From positions 20,522,001-20,586,000 of the forward strand of contig OZ024755.1 in NCBI GenBank assembly GCA_964016885.1: DNA of 64,000 bases, given 5' to 3'. Below the pieces are notes generated by a model. The model did not search any database, was not told the origin of the DNA, and was given only the letters and a program-made list of their open reading frames with translations. Source of the stretch: Eledone cirrhosa. Lineage: Eukaryota. Made by a program: the position numbers and the translations under genes. This document shows, in pieces, positions 1-16,772 of this stretch (the first letter of the stretch is position 1; every line of letters begins with the position of its first letter).

Positions 1-100
1 AGGTTAACTTTGCCTTTCATCCTTACGGGGTCGATAAAATAAAGTACCAGTAATGTACTGGGTATTTGCTGGCCTTGTGCCTAAAGTAGAAACAATTATT
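1..100 (+). mobile_element. SINE family A, 3' part (cut by window edge)
   Basis: Contains gcctttcatccttacggggtcgataaaataaagtaccag...gctggccttgtgcc..gtagaaacaattat, which recurs more than 12 times in the window. Confidence 0.85.
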
Positions 101-199
101 ATATAGCCTCAGTTCGGCGCTCACTGTACAGACCTATGACCAGAGGCATACCAGGCGTGACTATCCCGTTTTTTTCCCAATACTATATAACCATGCGCC

Positions 200-360
200 A
201 TGGCTTAGTGGTTAGAGAATTGTGCTTGCAATCGAAAGGTTGTGGGTTCAATTCTCGGACCGGGTGATGTGTTGTTTCCTTGAGCAAGACACTTTATTTC
301 ACGTTGCTCCAGTTTACTCAGCTGTAGAAATGAGATGATAGGACTGAGGTCCCCATCATT
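200..360 (+). mobile_element. tRNA-derived CORE-like SINE, 5' part
   Basis: A box (tggcttagtgg) and B box (ggttcaattc), then ccttgagcaagacacttta resembling the CORE domain. Near-identical to 37479-37640. Confidence 0.8.
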
Positions 361-1110
361 AAAATTACCCAAGACACCAACAAGATATACCTTGGAGGAG
401 GCCAGCATAGGTGTGAGCTGTCACACACACATACATTATATATCCAGTACTACTACATGAGGCAATGTGTTCTTCTCATAATATGTAAGAAGATCTGATT
501 TGATGGAGATTTGGTGAATATTTCTAGCAAATGCAGAGACAACAAAGAGACACCATAAGAGTCGAAGAGAGGGGGTTCTTTCTGATTTAGGGGGAAACGA
601 TAGAGAAACAATCAACAAGGTCCTAGACCTCATTTGCATACTGAGTGGCGTGGAACTCTTCCAATCGGACCAAGGAAACAATGTTTCCATTGTTTGGTTT
701 TTTCTATAACTGAAACTATCTCCAGGTCGCGTAATTCTTAACTTTGATGATCAGCATGTGTTTCATTGCTTTTTATGTCTAGAGGTAGTTTTAGAAAGTT
801 TACTTTGTATGAGTGAACTACAGTTGAGAAATTTTGAAAAATAAAAAAAACCAAGTCTGTGCGAATGACTTTATTTTCATGTAAAATACATTTAAGAAGT
901 TAATCAAGAGCGAAATGGAATTGGTCATAATCATTTCAGTCCTTCGCAAACTAATGAAATCGATATCGTTTGTAATCAGTTTGTAAGTTGGTAGTTCAAT
1001 GTCTACTGTAAATCTAGCGTGTGTAGAGAGTAGAGAGATAATTTTATATGGTTTCAATTCAAGAGCTTCCTCATCAAACGGCAATAAGCCGTTGAACCAC
1101 TTTGTAATAT

Positions 1111-1275
1111 TTGTTTCTACTTTTGGTACAAGGCCAGCAATTACCCCAGTGCATTGCTGGTCCTTTATCGACCCCGTAAGGATGAAAGGCAAAGTCAACT
1201 CAGATCATAGAGGGGCGTAACTCTATGCTGCAAAGCATGGCGTCCAATCCGCTACCGAATCTTGCCAATCCACCG
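1111..1275 (-). mobile_element. SINE family A
   Basis: Reverse complement of the family A consensus with small deletions. Confidence 0.85.
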
Positions 1276-1424
1276 ACCTTTGTAATTTTGAAGATCTACC
1301 AACTATAAACAAAATCTTTGAGAAAATGGAGATTTTGAAACGATTCAACAATAGAACGTTCTAGCTGCTTTACAGCTTCCCGCGTTTTTCATTTTTTTTT
1401 TCGTTATGCTTATTTGTCATCCCG

Positions 1425-1607
1425 TGGCAGAATCGGTAGAGGGTCTGACGCTATGCTTTGCAGCAAAGATTTACGGCCCTTTATGGTCTGAGTTCAAATT
1501 ACGCCGAGGTTAACTTTGCCTTTCATCCTTACGGGGGTCGATAAAATAAAGTACCAGTAATACACTGGGATAATTGCTGGCCTTGTGCCAAAAGTAGAAA
1601 TAATTAT
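1425..1607 (+). mobile_element. SINE family A, near full length
   Basis: tRNA-like head (tggcagaatcggtagag...gagttcaaat) plus the conserved body and tail. Confidence 0.85.
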
Positions 1608-2045
1608 TTTAATTTTATTTCTATATTCACTAATCTCTATATTTTGTAGTTATTTTTTTTTTTTTTTCTAAACTGTAAGAAGTTCCAGAAACTTCCCCTT
1701 CTGTCATGGCTGTCTAGCTCTATACGGACGTTTAAATTTATTAAATAAATAAATACATAGATATGTCGAGTCGCAGTGTTGAGGTCAACATCTCGTGTAG
1801 AGATGTGACAGACTAGCGTCCTATGCGGTACAGATGTCTCAGATCTGTTTAAACGCCAGAGATCAGATGAAGAAATCATACGTTAAAAAAAGATAAAAAG
1901 AAAGAAAATGGTTTAATTAGACTTCGTTTTTTGTTTTTTTTTAGATCAAGAAATCAACTATACCCGTGGCATTTGAAACGTCGAAAATAAAGTAAATATT
2001 GTGAGTCTAATTATCTAGTTCTCCTCATCCCGACACTACTAGCTT

Positions 2046-2449
2046 AGTAGTAGTGGTGGTAGTTGTTATAGTGTTGGTGGTAGTAGTGATGGTGGTGATG
2101 GTAGTAGTGATGGTGGTGGTGGTAGTAGTGATGGTAGTAGTGGTGGTGGTGGTGGTGGTTGTAGTGATGGTAGTAGTGATGGGAGTAGTGATGGTGGTCG
2201 TGGTTGTAGTTATAGTGGTGGTGGTAGTAGTTTTAGTGTTGGTGGCAGTAGTGATGGTGTTGGTGGTAGTAGTGATGGTGTTGGTGGTGGTAGTAGTGAT
2301 GGTGGTGGTGGTGGTAGTAGTGATGGTGGTGGTGGTAGTAGTGATGGTGGTAGTGGTAGTAGTGATGGTGGTGGTGGTAGTAGTGATGGTGGTAGTGGTA
2401 GTAGTGATGGTGGTGGTGGTAGTAGTGATGGTGGTGGTGGTGGTAGCAG
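2046..2449. repeat. Compound (GTG/GTA/ATG)n trinucleotide repeat with ~21-bp higher-order unit
   Basis: Visible periodicity. Explains the poly-V, poly-T and poly-H ORFs. Confidence 0.95.
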
Positions 2450-2659
2450 TTTTTGCTATTGAACATACATATGCTGATATATATAGTGTGTTGGTAGCAC
2501 AGTGAATTACTGGTATTGGCGCCAAAGCAAGCACTCTGTGCACAAGCAGAGCGTATATAATAGAAAGAAAACGGAAACGAAACTTTCTCTTTTTTTTTTC
2601 TATTATATATATATATACATACACATATATAGATATGTATATATATATATATATATATA

Positions 2660-2720
2660 TAGGAACGAGTAGGACCCCGACGGCTGAGCTCAAGCCGTTT
2701 CTACTGGCTAATTCTAGTCC
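2660..2720 (-). mobile_element. (TA)n-flanked family P fragment (3' half of hammerhead-like motif)
   Basis: Matches copies at 8117, 8296, 15847, 39390 and 57596. Confidence 0.7.
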
Positions 2721-2729
2721 ATACATAAA

Positions 2730-3455
2730 CATATGTATATACGCATATACATATATGTACATACACATATACATATATGTACATACACATACACATATAT
2801 GTACATACACATATACATATATGTACATACACATATATGTACATACACATATACATATATGTACATACACATATACATATATGTACATACGCATATACAT
2901 ATATGTACATACACATATACATATATGTACATACACATATACATATATGTACATACACATATACATATATGTACATACACATATACATATATGTATATAC
3001 ATATATGTACATACACATATACATATATGTACATACACATATACATATATGTACATACACATATACATATATGTACATACACATATACATATATGTACAT
3101 ACACATATACATATATGTACATACACATATACATATATGTACATACACATATACATATATGTACATACACATATACATATATGTACATACACATATATGT
3201 ACATACACATATACATATATGTACATACACATATACATATATGTACATACGCATATACATATATGTACATACACATATACATATATGTACATACACATAT
3301 ACATATATGTACATACACATATACATATATGTACATACACATATACATATATGTACATACACATATACATATATGTACATACACATATACATATATGTAC
3401 ATACACATATACATATATGTACATACACATATACATATATGTACATACACATATG
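2730..3455. repeat. 22-bp minisatellite (atatacatatatgtacatacac)n
   Basis: About 30 near-perfect units, with occasional 16-bp and gcat variants. Confidence 0.95.
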
Positions 3456-3504
<49 letters not shown>

Positions 3505-3620
3505 AAAAAAAGAAAAGCATGACTTCACTTGTAGTTAGTGTTCAAAACAATTTAATTTTATAATATACAATTTACTATATATACAATTTACTATATATAC
3601 AATTTACTATATATACAATT

Positions 3621-3670
<50 letters not shown>

Positions 3671-3696
3671 CATATGTATATATATATATATATATA

Positions 3697-3908
3697 AAGG
3701 ACGATCGACTTTCGTCAAATCGGACCGAGGGAACAATGTTTCCGTTGGTCTTTCCAATTGCTAATACTATCTATCGGTCGCAACTCCAGGTAGAAGGAGC
3801 AACGTGAAATAAAGTGTCTTGCTCAAGGACATAACGCATCGCCTGGTCCAGGAATCGAACTCACAACCTTACGATTGCGAATCCAATTCTCTAACCACTC
3901 CGCCTTCG
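3697..3908 (-). mobile_element. Young tRNA-derived CORE-like SINE (family B)
   Basis: Almost identical to 11697-11906. Has A/B boxes and the ccttgagcaagacact core. Confidence 0.88.
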
Positions 3909-3991
3909 CTATATATATTTGTAAAAAAGAAAAGCATGACTTCACTTGTAGTTAGTGTTCAAAATAATTTAATTTTATAATATACAATTTA

Positions 3992-4051
<60 letters not shown>

Positions 4052-4514
4052 GTGCGTGGTGTGTGGTTTGCGTTTACACATGTGTCTGTATGTGTTTGGG
4101 TATCGCTTATGGCAGATAGAATGGTGAAGAAATACTGTCATTAATAAACGAACAATAAAAGGGTCTTTCTTCTCAATCAAATATTTTTCTTTTAAAAACC
4201 TACATCAAGATTGAAATAACACTAAACTTAACAATTTATGTCATGAGTTATAAAACTGCGATTGTAAAACTGTTGTCAGTTTTTTTGTTTTTTTTATTTG
4301 CCCTCTTATTTTAAGTTTTGTTTATAGCTATATTTTTTGTATTTTTATATTTTCAAGAAACGTTTAATTTCCGCTTTAATATCAATACAACAATAAACGA
4401 TAGATCAAAATTTAAAATTAAAGTTGAATTGATCATATATCTGTTTGTAACATATGTCAGAACTTTTAACAATATTGATGTATGCGGGTAAATAATAGGA
4501 AAATTAAGAAAATA

Positions 4515-4738
4515 AGAGAAAGAATCGCTGGACGGATTTTATGGGCAAAACCAAGCGGCAAGAGATTCAGGGGTAGACGCCGAGCAAGATGTTTGGATAA
4601 CATGCATGAATTTGGTTAGTTTCGCTTGGGGATCCAACCGGACGAGTTGGAGACTGTTGCTTGTCACAGGACCTGCTGGGGAGGGGGGGGGGTCAAGACT
4701 CTGTCCCAACAACTCTTTCAAGAAGATGAAGAAGAAGA
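4515..4738 (+). mobile_element. RTE-clade LINE 3' end fragment (Rex3/Expander-like)
   Basis: Degenerate translation RGRRRARCLDNMHEFG..AWG-IQPDELETVA followed by a (GAA)n tail. Similar to 42791-43226 and 44480-44725. Confidence 0.75.
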
Positions 4739-4915
4739 CTCCCTCCTGGGCAGGACGCCTGTTCATCGTAGGGTTAAACCCCCAGTTATTGCTGATACTT
4801 ATTTTCAGCAGAGGAGACTGGAGTATACTGGAGCAACGTGAAATGAAGTGTTTAGGAATTGAACTCACGAGATTATGATCGTAAGTCCAACACCCTTACC
4901 ACTAGGCCACGTGCA
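4737..4915 (-). mobile_element. SINE, same family as 43280-43560
   Basis: Reverse complement begins gtggcctagtggtaagggtgttggacttacgatc and contains aaccctacgatgaacaggcgtcctgcccagga. Confidence 0.75.
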
Positions 4916-5327
4916 TCCACACATGGAATTTTGCCTGACACTGTCGAATTTCCAATCCGCCAACCACCTATGAGATAGATAAGTATTGATTACTAACATA
5001 TTGATAGTTTATCTGGTAACACGTCATTTTAACCTTCCGCCTATAAAGAGAACTTACATAACTTTGCTATCCAAACTATAACATAGTAAGGTTTATAATT
5101 CTTTATCCCATTAGTAAAATAAATTGGATTACTTTGAATAAATAATCAATGAATATTACATAATTTATCTACTAAATTTCGTTGCTGTTCATTAAATATA
5201 TTTTATTACTTATTTAAAGATTCACTTCTTTAAAATTTTCAAATGTCAACACTTCCGGTTAGCGATCGTTTAAATAAATATTCATATATTTCTCTCACTA
5301 ATTTTCTCTTAATGCAATTTATATATA

Positions 5328-5500
5328 ATTGTTTCTACTTTAGGGACAAGGCCAGCAATTACCCAGTGCATTACTATTTTATCGACCCCGTAAGGATGAA
5401 AGGCAAGGTCAACCTCGGCGGGATTTGAACTCAGATCGTAAAGGGACGTAACTATGCTGGAAAGCATGGCGTCCGACCCTCTACCGATACTGCCAATCTA
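5328..5500 (-). mobile_element. SINE family A
   Basis: Match to family consensus. Confidence 0.85.
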
Positions 5501-5668
5501 CATCGTCTTTTTTTAATGTATCATGGATTACGTTACTGATTACATAAGAGAGTGTAACGCAGTCTTCGTTCAATTTCTGTGTATATTGTGAATTACGATT
5601 TTATTTGATGTATCATATCTACATGTATATATATACCTGCGTATAATATCAATATACACACTACACAT

Positions 5669-5709
5669 ACTAGCAGAAAACCACCCGAAGTGTGGTTTAT
5701 TCTGCTAGT
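5669..5709. mobile_element. Solo Helitron 3'-terminator fold-back (CTAG-hairpin-CTAG)
   Basis: actagcagaaaaccacccgaagtgtggtttattctgctagt resembles the centre of the 41854-42325 palindrome. Confidence 0.55.
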
Positions 5710-5929
5710 TAATATAATCCCTGAAAAATATAAGGCCAATCTCTAAGAGAATATCAAAATCTATTTATATTTGTTAATGTTCTCACAGCAAATCTTATTT
5801 TAGTTATTGAATCGCCCTAGGCGGAGGTATATTGTCTTTAATGCGAAGAAATACCTATGATGCCTAGTAGACACCTGATGATGGATAATCCTGACTTCTA
5901 TTTCTAATTTTTCATTTTACATTATATAT

Positions 5930-5967
<38 letters not shown>

Positions 5968-5971
<4 letters not shown>

Positions 5972-6521
5972 TGGCTGCCAACTCGTTTTCGAGTACGGCC
6001 ACTACTTTATATCCATGTAGGAGATCCCCTACCGATGCGCTGAACAAGTGTGACTTTTTAGTCCAGCCAGCGACTTGAAAACTCTGGTACAAACACTACA
6101 CTTGTGACAATTATTGACACATAGTGCTGGACCCATGGTACCATGTGACGACAAGTGCAGAGGGATCTCCAGATATAAAGCAATGCCTGTGCCGTGAAGC
6201 TTTTATAGTGAGCAAAGGCACTGCACAAAGCCAGTCCCACTCTCTTAACCAAGATGATATTTACCACAAAGAAGAACAAGTCAACATCATTGGATACCAT
6301 CAGGGTTGCAGGTGTTATATCAGAGTTTTCCTTCTCCTAGAATTCTGCCTTGACAAAGGCTAAGGGGTCATCTCTCCCGGTGATTTTGGATGGCCATTGA
6401 CTCTTAAGAGCTCCTTTGCCCTTTGACAGGTTTTGTTTTTAGTCCTGCAGTATGTCGAAAGTCACCCTCCTCACCAAGAAACCTTGGTGGGGTTGCCAGT
6501 TTAGTGGCCAACGACCCGACC

Positions 6522-6523
<2 letters not shown>
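5968..6523 (-). mobile_element. Non-autonomous bipartite RTE-derived element (5'UTR-like part fused to ORF 3' end), full copy
   Basis: 5' part has ctaggagaaggaaaactctga, typical of RTE 5'UTRs. 3' part encodes the zinc-finger-like [17 protein letters not shown]. Near-identical copies at 28443 and 60826. Flanked by (TA)n. Confidence 0.7.
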
Positions 6524-6555
<32 letters not shown>

Positions 6556-7041
6556 ATGTTTGTGTGTGTATATATATATATATACACACACACAGAGTGC
6601 GGCGGGGAGACATGTGTTTGTGTGTATCTGGAGATAGTAGAGCGTATGACTAAAAGTCTAAACTCCAAATAAAGTATAGAAGAACTCAATATTTGAGTAG
6701 AGTAAGAGTTTAATATTAAGATGATAGTCCAGCATAGCAATCCATGCCTTGAAGTTTCACGGGTGGTGGGGGTGAGTTTAAGACAGCAGAACTACACGGG
6801 AGATGATAATCAGTGGATTAGTGTCGCTTCCTGTAGACTAAGAAAGTTGAGATTAATCCAATCTAAATCTGGCTGTTTTAGTAGCAATTTTTCTGCAATG
6901 ATAAATAAGCAGAATAAGAACGAGGATTCCAGCGATTCATTGCGGATTCATTACGTAGATATGTAGACACATTGCCAATCGAACCGACAATCTCCTTATC
7001 CTCGGTAATTTTAAGGCAGCATTGAGGAGAGAATATCAGAT

Positions 7042-7225
7042 ATGTTTCTAATTTCGGCACGAGGCCAGCAATTATCCCAGTGCATTACTGGTACTTTATT
7101 TTATCGACCCCGTAAGGATGAAAGGCAAAGTTAACCTCGGCGGGATTTGAACTCACACCATAAAGGAGCGTAACTCTTCGTTGCAAAGCATGGCGTCCGA
7201 CCCTCTACCGTTACTGCCAAGCCAC
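7042..7225 (-). mobile_element. SINE family A, full length
   Basis: Match to family consensus. Confidence 0.85.
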
Positions 7226-8069
7226 ATTGGAAAATAAAATCTCAACTCCAATGGACAACTAGTGGAGTTGAGGACCAAATAAGATTTAACCATAAGAAAC
7301 ACCTTCTCCCAGCTTCCTTAAAAATATCCAATAAGGTGTGATCACTGATCCACAGATCTTGAATTCATACGTACCATGAATAATGTATATGTAAGTCTAA
7401 AATGCAACATGCGCTTGCAGCAAATATTACCACCAATTTAATATGTTATTTAATATGTTATTCAATAACCAACTGACGCTTATATAAATATATGTGTGCG
7501 TGTGTGTGTGTATATGAATATATATGTATGTATGTGTGTATATGAATATATATGTATGTATGTGTGTATATATATGAATATATATGTGTGTTTATATATG
7601 TATGTGTTTATAGGTATATATACATACGTATATATATATATAATGTGCATAGATATCTATAATATATATAAATATAATTATATACTTATATATATATATA
7701 TATATATATATTTACATATTTATTCATGTCTGTGTATGCATACATGAGTGCGTGCATACACACATACACGCACGCACGTACACAGGTATACACACACACA
7801 GACGTACACAAGTACACACACACACAGACACACACACATGTTATATTTAAAATGTATCAATATTTATGTGGGCGGAATATTTTCTGCTTATATATTATAT
7901 TTTCTGTGTGTATATGTGAACGTCTATATGTGTATGTATGTATATTTCCGTTTACTATATATTTTCTTTGTAAAGATATACATAAATACAAAACCGCAAC
8001 CCACTCATGAGTTGCTTACAATACATACATACATACATACATACATACATACATACATACATACATACA

Positions 8070-8116
<47 letters not shown>

Positions 8117-8119
<3 letters not shown>

Positions 8120-8489
8120 GGAGAAAGTATGACCCCGACGGCAGAGCTCAAGCCGTTTCGACGGCTATTTCTGGACTAAAGTAATCTCCTATTATCCACT
8201 CTACTACACTAAGTATTGAGTACTCTGGTGCGTTATGGTCCATCTGGTTCCTTACCACAACTCCTCTGTGATATATATATATATATATATATATATAGGA
8301 ACCAGTAAGACCCCGACGGCAGAGCTCAAGCCGTTTCGACGGCTAATTCTGGACTCCAGAATTAGCCGTCGAAACGGCTTGAGCTCAGCTGTCGGGGTCT
8401 TACTGGTTCCTATTACCCACTCTACTACCTCAAGTATTGAGTACTTTGGTGCGTTATGGTCCACCTGGTTCCTTACCACATTTCCTTCG

Positions 8490-8492
<3 letters not shown>
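8117..8492. mobile_element. Two family P (Penelope-like pLTR) copies with inverted or fold-back structure
   Basis: 8296-8412 is a palindrome centred on ctggactccag and continues into a unique tail. 8117-8270 has an inverted head plus the same tail. Both lie within (TA)n. Confidence 0.7.
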
Positions 8493-8855
<363 letters not shown>

Positions 8856-8929
8856 CATATTTATATATATGAACATATATATTATATAATATCTATGTGT
8901 ATGTATGTATATATAAACATATATATTAT

Positions 8930-9085
8930 ATAATTGTTTCTACTTTTGGCACAAACCCAGCAATTATCCCAGTGTATTACTGGTACTTTCTTTTATCATC
9001 GACCCCGTAAAGAAGAAAAACAAAGTTTAACCTCGGCGGGATTTGAACTCTATGCTACAAAGCATGGCGTCTGACCCTCCACTGA
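8930..9085 (-). mobile_element. SINE family A, degenerate
   Basis: Match with an internal deletion. Confidence 0.75.
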
Positions 9086-9407
9086 TTCTGATACATAGAA
9101 ATACATACATACATACATACATACATACATACATACATACATACACTGTTGTATTTACCATTATACGAGTGAGAAAATTAGAAGCGAGCGAATTTTTTAG
9201 TGTTTGGTTTTGTGATTTACAAGTATAACATTATGTGTGAGCGTGGGTGTTTGCTATAAATATATATCAATCACTTCCCACAGAGTTGCGTGGGCAGAGG
9301 GTGAAAAAATGTCCGCCTAAATTGTCCAAAAATTAGCTTAAAATATAAATAAATACATATACATAATATTGATATACACTCACAATAAAATATTTCAACA
9401 ACTCTAA

Positions 9408-11696
<2,289 letters not shown>

Positions 11697-11906
11697 GTGG
11701 CTGAGTGGTTAGAGAATTGGATTCGCAATCGTAAGGTTGTGAGTTCGATTCCTGGACCAGGCGATGCGTTATGTCCTTGAGCAAGACACTTTATTTTACG
11801 TTGCTCCTTCTACCTGGAGTTGCGACCGATAGATAGTATTAGCAATTGGAAAGACCAACGGAAAACATTGTTCCCTCGGTCCGATTTGACGAAAGTCGAT
11901 CGTCCC
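11697..11906 (+). mobile_element. Young SINE family B inside a (TA)n array
   Basis: Near-identical to 3697-3908. A diverged copy lies at 54826-55015. Confidence 0.88.
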
Positions 11907-14552
<2,646 letters not shown>

Positions 14553-14639
14553 GTAAAGTTATATTTAAAATTGTTGGGTTACAACTAGTAAATATTTATA
14601 ACTGATATAAAAGCACTCGACAAATACTTGGAGTATATT

Positions 14640-15013
14640 TACAATATTAAATAAATGGAAAACTATATTTATAAAACCATATTTATTTCATTATATATAT
14701 TTCGGGGATATCATATTAACAATATGCTATGCCTTCATCAGACAAAATACAATATAAACAGTTTTATAGATAAATATATTCGACATACCGTAATAAACAT
14801 CAACTTCATTTGAAGAGGTTCACTCTAGCAGAGTGAACCTCTTCAAATGAAGTTGATGTTTATTACGGTATGTCGAATATATTTATCTATAAAACTGTTT
14901 ATATTGTATTTTGTCTGATGAAGGCATAGCATATTGTTAATATGATATCCCCGAAATATATATAATTGAAATAAATATGGTTTTATAAATATAGTTTTCC
15001 ATTTATTTAATAT

Positions 15014-15017
<4 letters not shown>
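14640..15017. mobile_element. Near-perfect 378-bp palindrome with a type I hammerhead-like motif in each arm (Penelope-like remnant)
   Basis: Arms are complementary around a 3-nt loop at 14827-14829. CTGATGA at 14915, long stem II, GAAA at 14953. Confidence 0.72.
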
Positions 15018-15063
<46 letters not shown>

Positions 15064-15502
15064 TACCCATGTATACATACATATACATATACATATATGT
15101 TTACATATATATATATACATATATGTATATGTATATATAAATATATGTACGTATACATAAGTGTGTATGTATACATAAGTGTCTATGTATGTATACATAT
15201 ATATATATACATATATGTATACATATATATATATATGTATACGTATATATACATATATGTATACATATATATATATATACATATATGCATACGTATATAT
15301 ACATATATGAATACATATACACATATATATATACATATATGTATACATATGTATATACATATACACATACATATATGTATACATAAACACATACATATAT
15401 ACATAAATATATGCATATATGTATACATATATATACATATATATACACATATATGAACACACACATATATATATACATACACATACATATACATATATAT
15501 AT
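15018..15502. repeat. Interrupted (TA)n/(CA) array
   Basis: Directly visible. Confidence 0.9.
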
Positions 15503-15511
15503 AAACAAAGC

Positions 15512-15605
15512 AGCTGTGGTAAGATACCATACCAGGTGGACCATAACGCACCAGAGTACTCAATACTTAGGGTTGTAGAGTGGGTAATGGGAAAAGAGTC
15601 AAGGG

Positions 15606-15608
<3 letters not shown>
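15512..15608 (-). mobile_element. Family P tail fragment
   Basis: ggaccataacgcaccagagtactcaatacttaggg matches the other copies. Confidence 0.7.
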
Positions 15609-15657
<49 letters not shown>

Positions 15658-15846
15658 TTGTATAAGCACACGTGCTTGTGTGAATCTATATTCCTTAATG
15701 ATGTGAATCTATATTCCTCAATGGCCTCCAATGTAAATTTATGTTTATACATACATTTAAATATATATATATGTGTGTGTGTGTATGTGTAAACATATAT
15801 ATATATACATTTATAAATATATAGATACATATATATATATATATAT

Positions 15847-16016
15847 AACGAAGGAAATGTGGTAAGGAACCAGATGGACCATAACGTACCAGAGTACTCA
15901 ATATTTAGGGTAGTAGAGTGGGTAACAGGAAAAAGTTTGACCCCGACGGCAGAACTCAACCCAGAAATAGCCGTCGAAATGGCTTGATCTCTGCCGTCGG
16001 GATCAAATTTGTTCCT
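15847..16016 (-). mobile_element. Family P copy with fold-back end
   Basis: Tail plus inverted duplication (tttgaccccgacggcaga...tctgccgtcgggatcaaa) within (TA)n. Confidence 0.7.
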
Positions 16017-16073
16017 ATATATATATATATATATATATATACATACGCATATATATATACGTTTCTGGGAGGG

Positions 16074-16110
<37 letters not shown>

Positions 16111-16379
16111 AGTTCTTATATATGTATATGAGTGTATATGTACTCATGTATATCTATCAAGAACCGTGGGATGAAGTTGATCCGTTTATCATATAACGTG
16201 GTAGGTCCTCATTATTAGAACGCCAACCATATTATAATAAAACAAATTTTTTTTTTTTAATTCATAAAATGCATTGAAAAGATGTGTATTACGACAACTA
16301 ACCCCTTCCTTTCGTCCACGCAAAATCTTCTAAAGCCCTTAAACTCCTGTAATAAATAAAGCTAGTGCATAAACTCATG

Positions 16380-16772
16380 TCTGATTGATAGGCGGTCGTG
16401 ACAAGCCCCGCCTTTAACTGCCCTCATACAGTTCTTCATATAAATAACGCTTGTGACAAGATGAACGAAATATCGTTCTTCATTTATAGATTGACAGAGA
16501 ACAACTACAAGAGATGCAACAGTTTCTGGGCTGGTTAGTTTAACGTGTGGGCAGCAGTTAACGCTATTTATTGCAGAGAATTTTCCAAGAGTTTTTGATT
16601 AGTGAGAAACTCGCAAACACACATTCGCGCTAAAAAAAAAAAATACATATATATATATATTTATTTATATAAATATATATATTATACATACATATATATA
16701 TATATATCAATAAACGCTTGGTAGTAGCAATTCTGCATATACTGACTGCTTCGAAACATATCTAAGGTAAGA
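16380..16772 (+). promoter_or_regulatory. Candidate Pol II promoter and non-coding first exon
   Basis: Unique sequence with GC box (ccccgcc, 16406-16412), TATAAATA (16439-16446), repeated gtgacaag, and a strong donor AAG|GTAAGA at 16766/16767. Confidence 0.35.

Noticed and set aside
2025-3452. 475-aa ORF with a mucin-like poly-Thr tail
   Set aside because: Made entirely of a 22-bp minisatellite and a trinucleotide repeat, with no supporting gene structure.
11697-11765. tRNA genes at SINE heads (also 200, 37479, 43280)
   Set aside because: No complete cloverleaf, and each continues into a SINE body.
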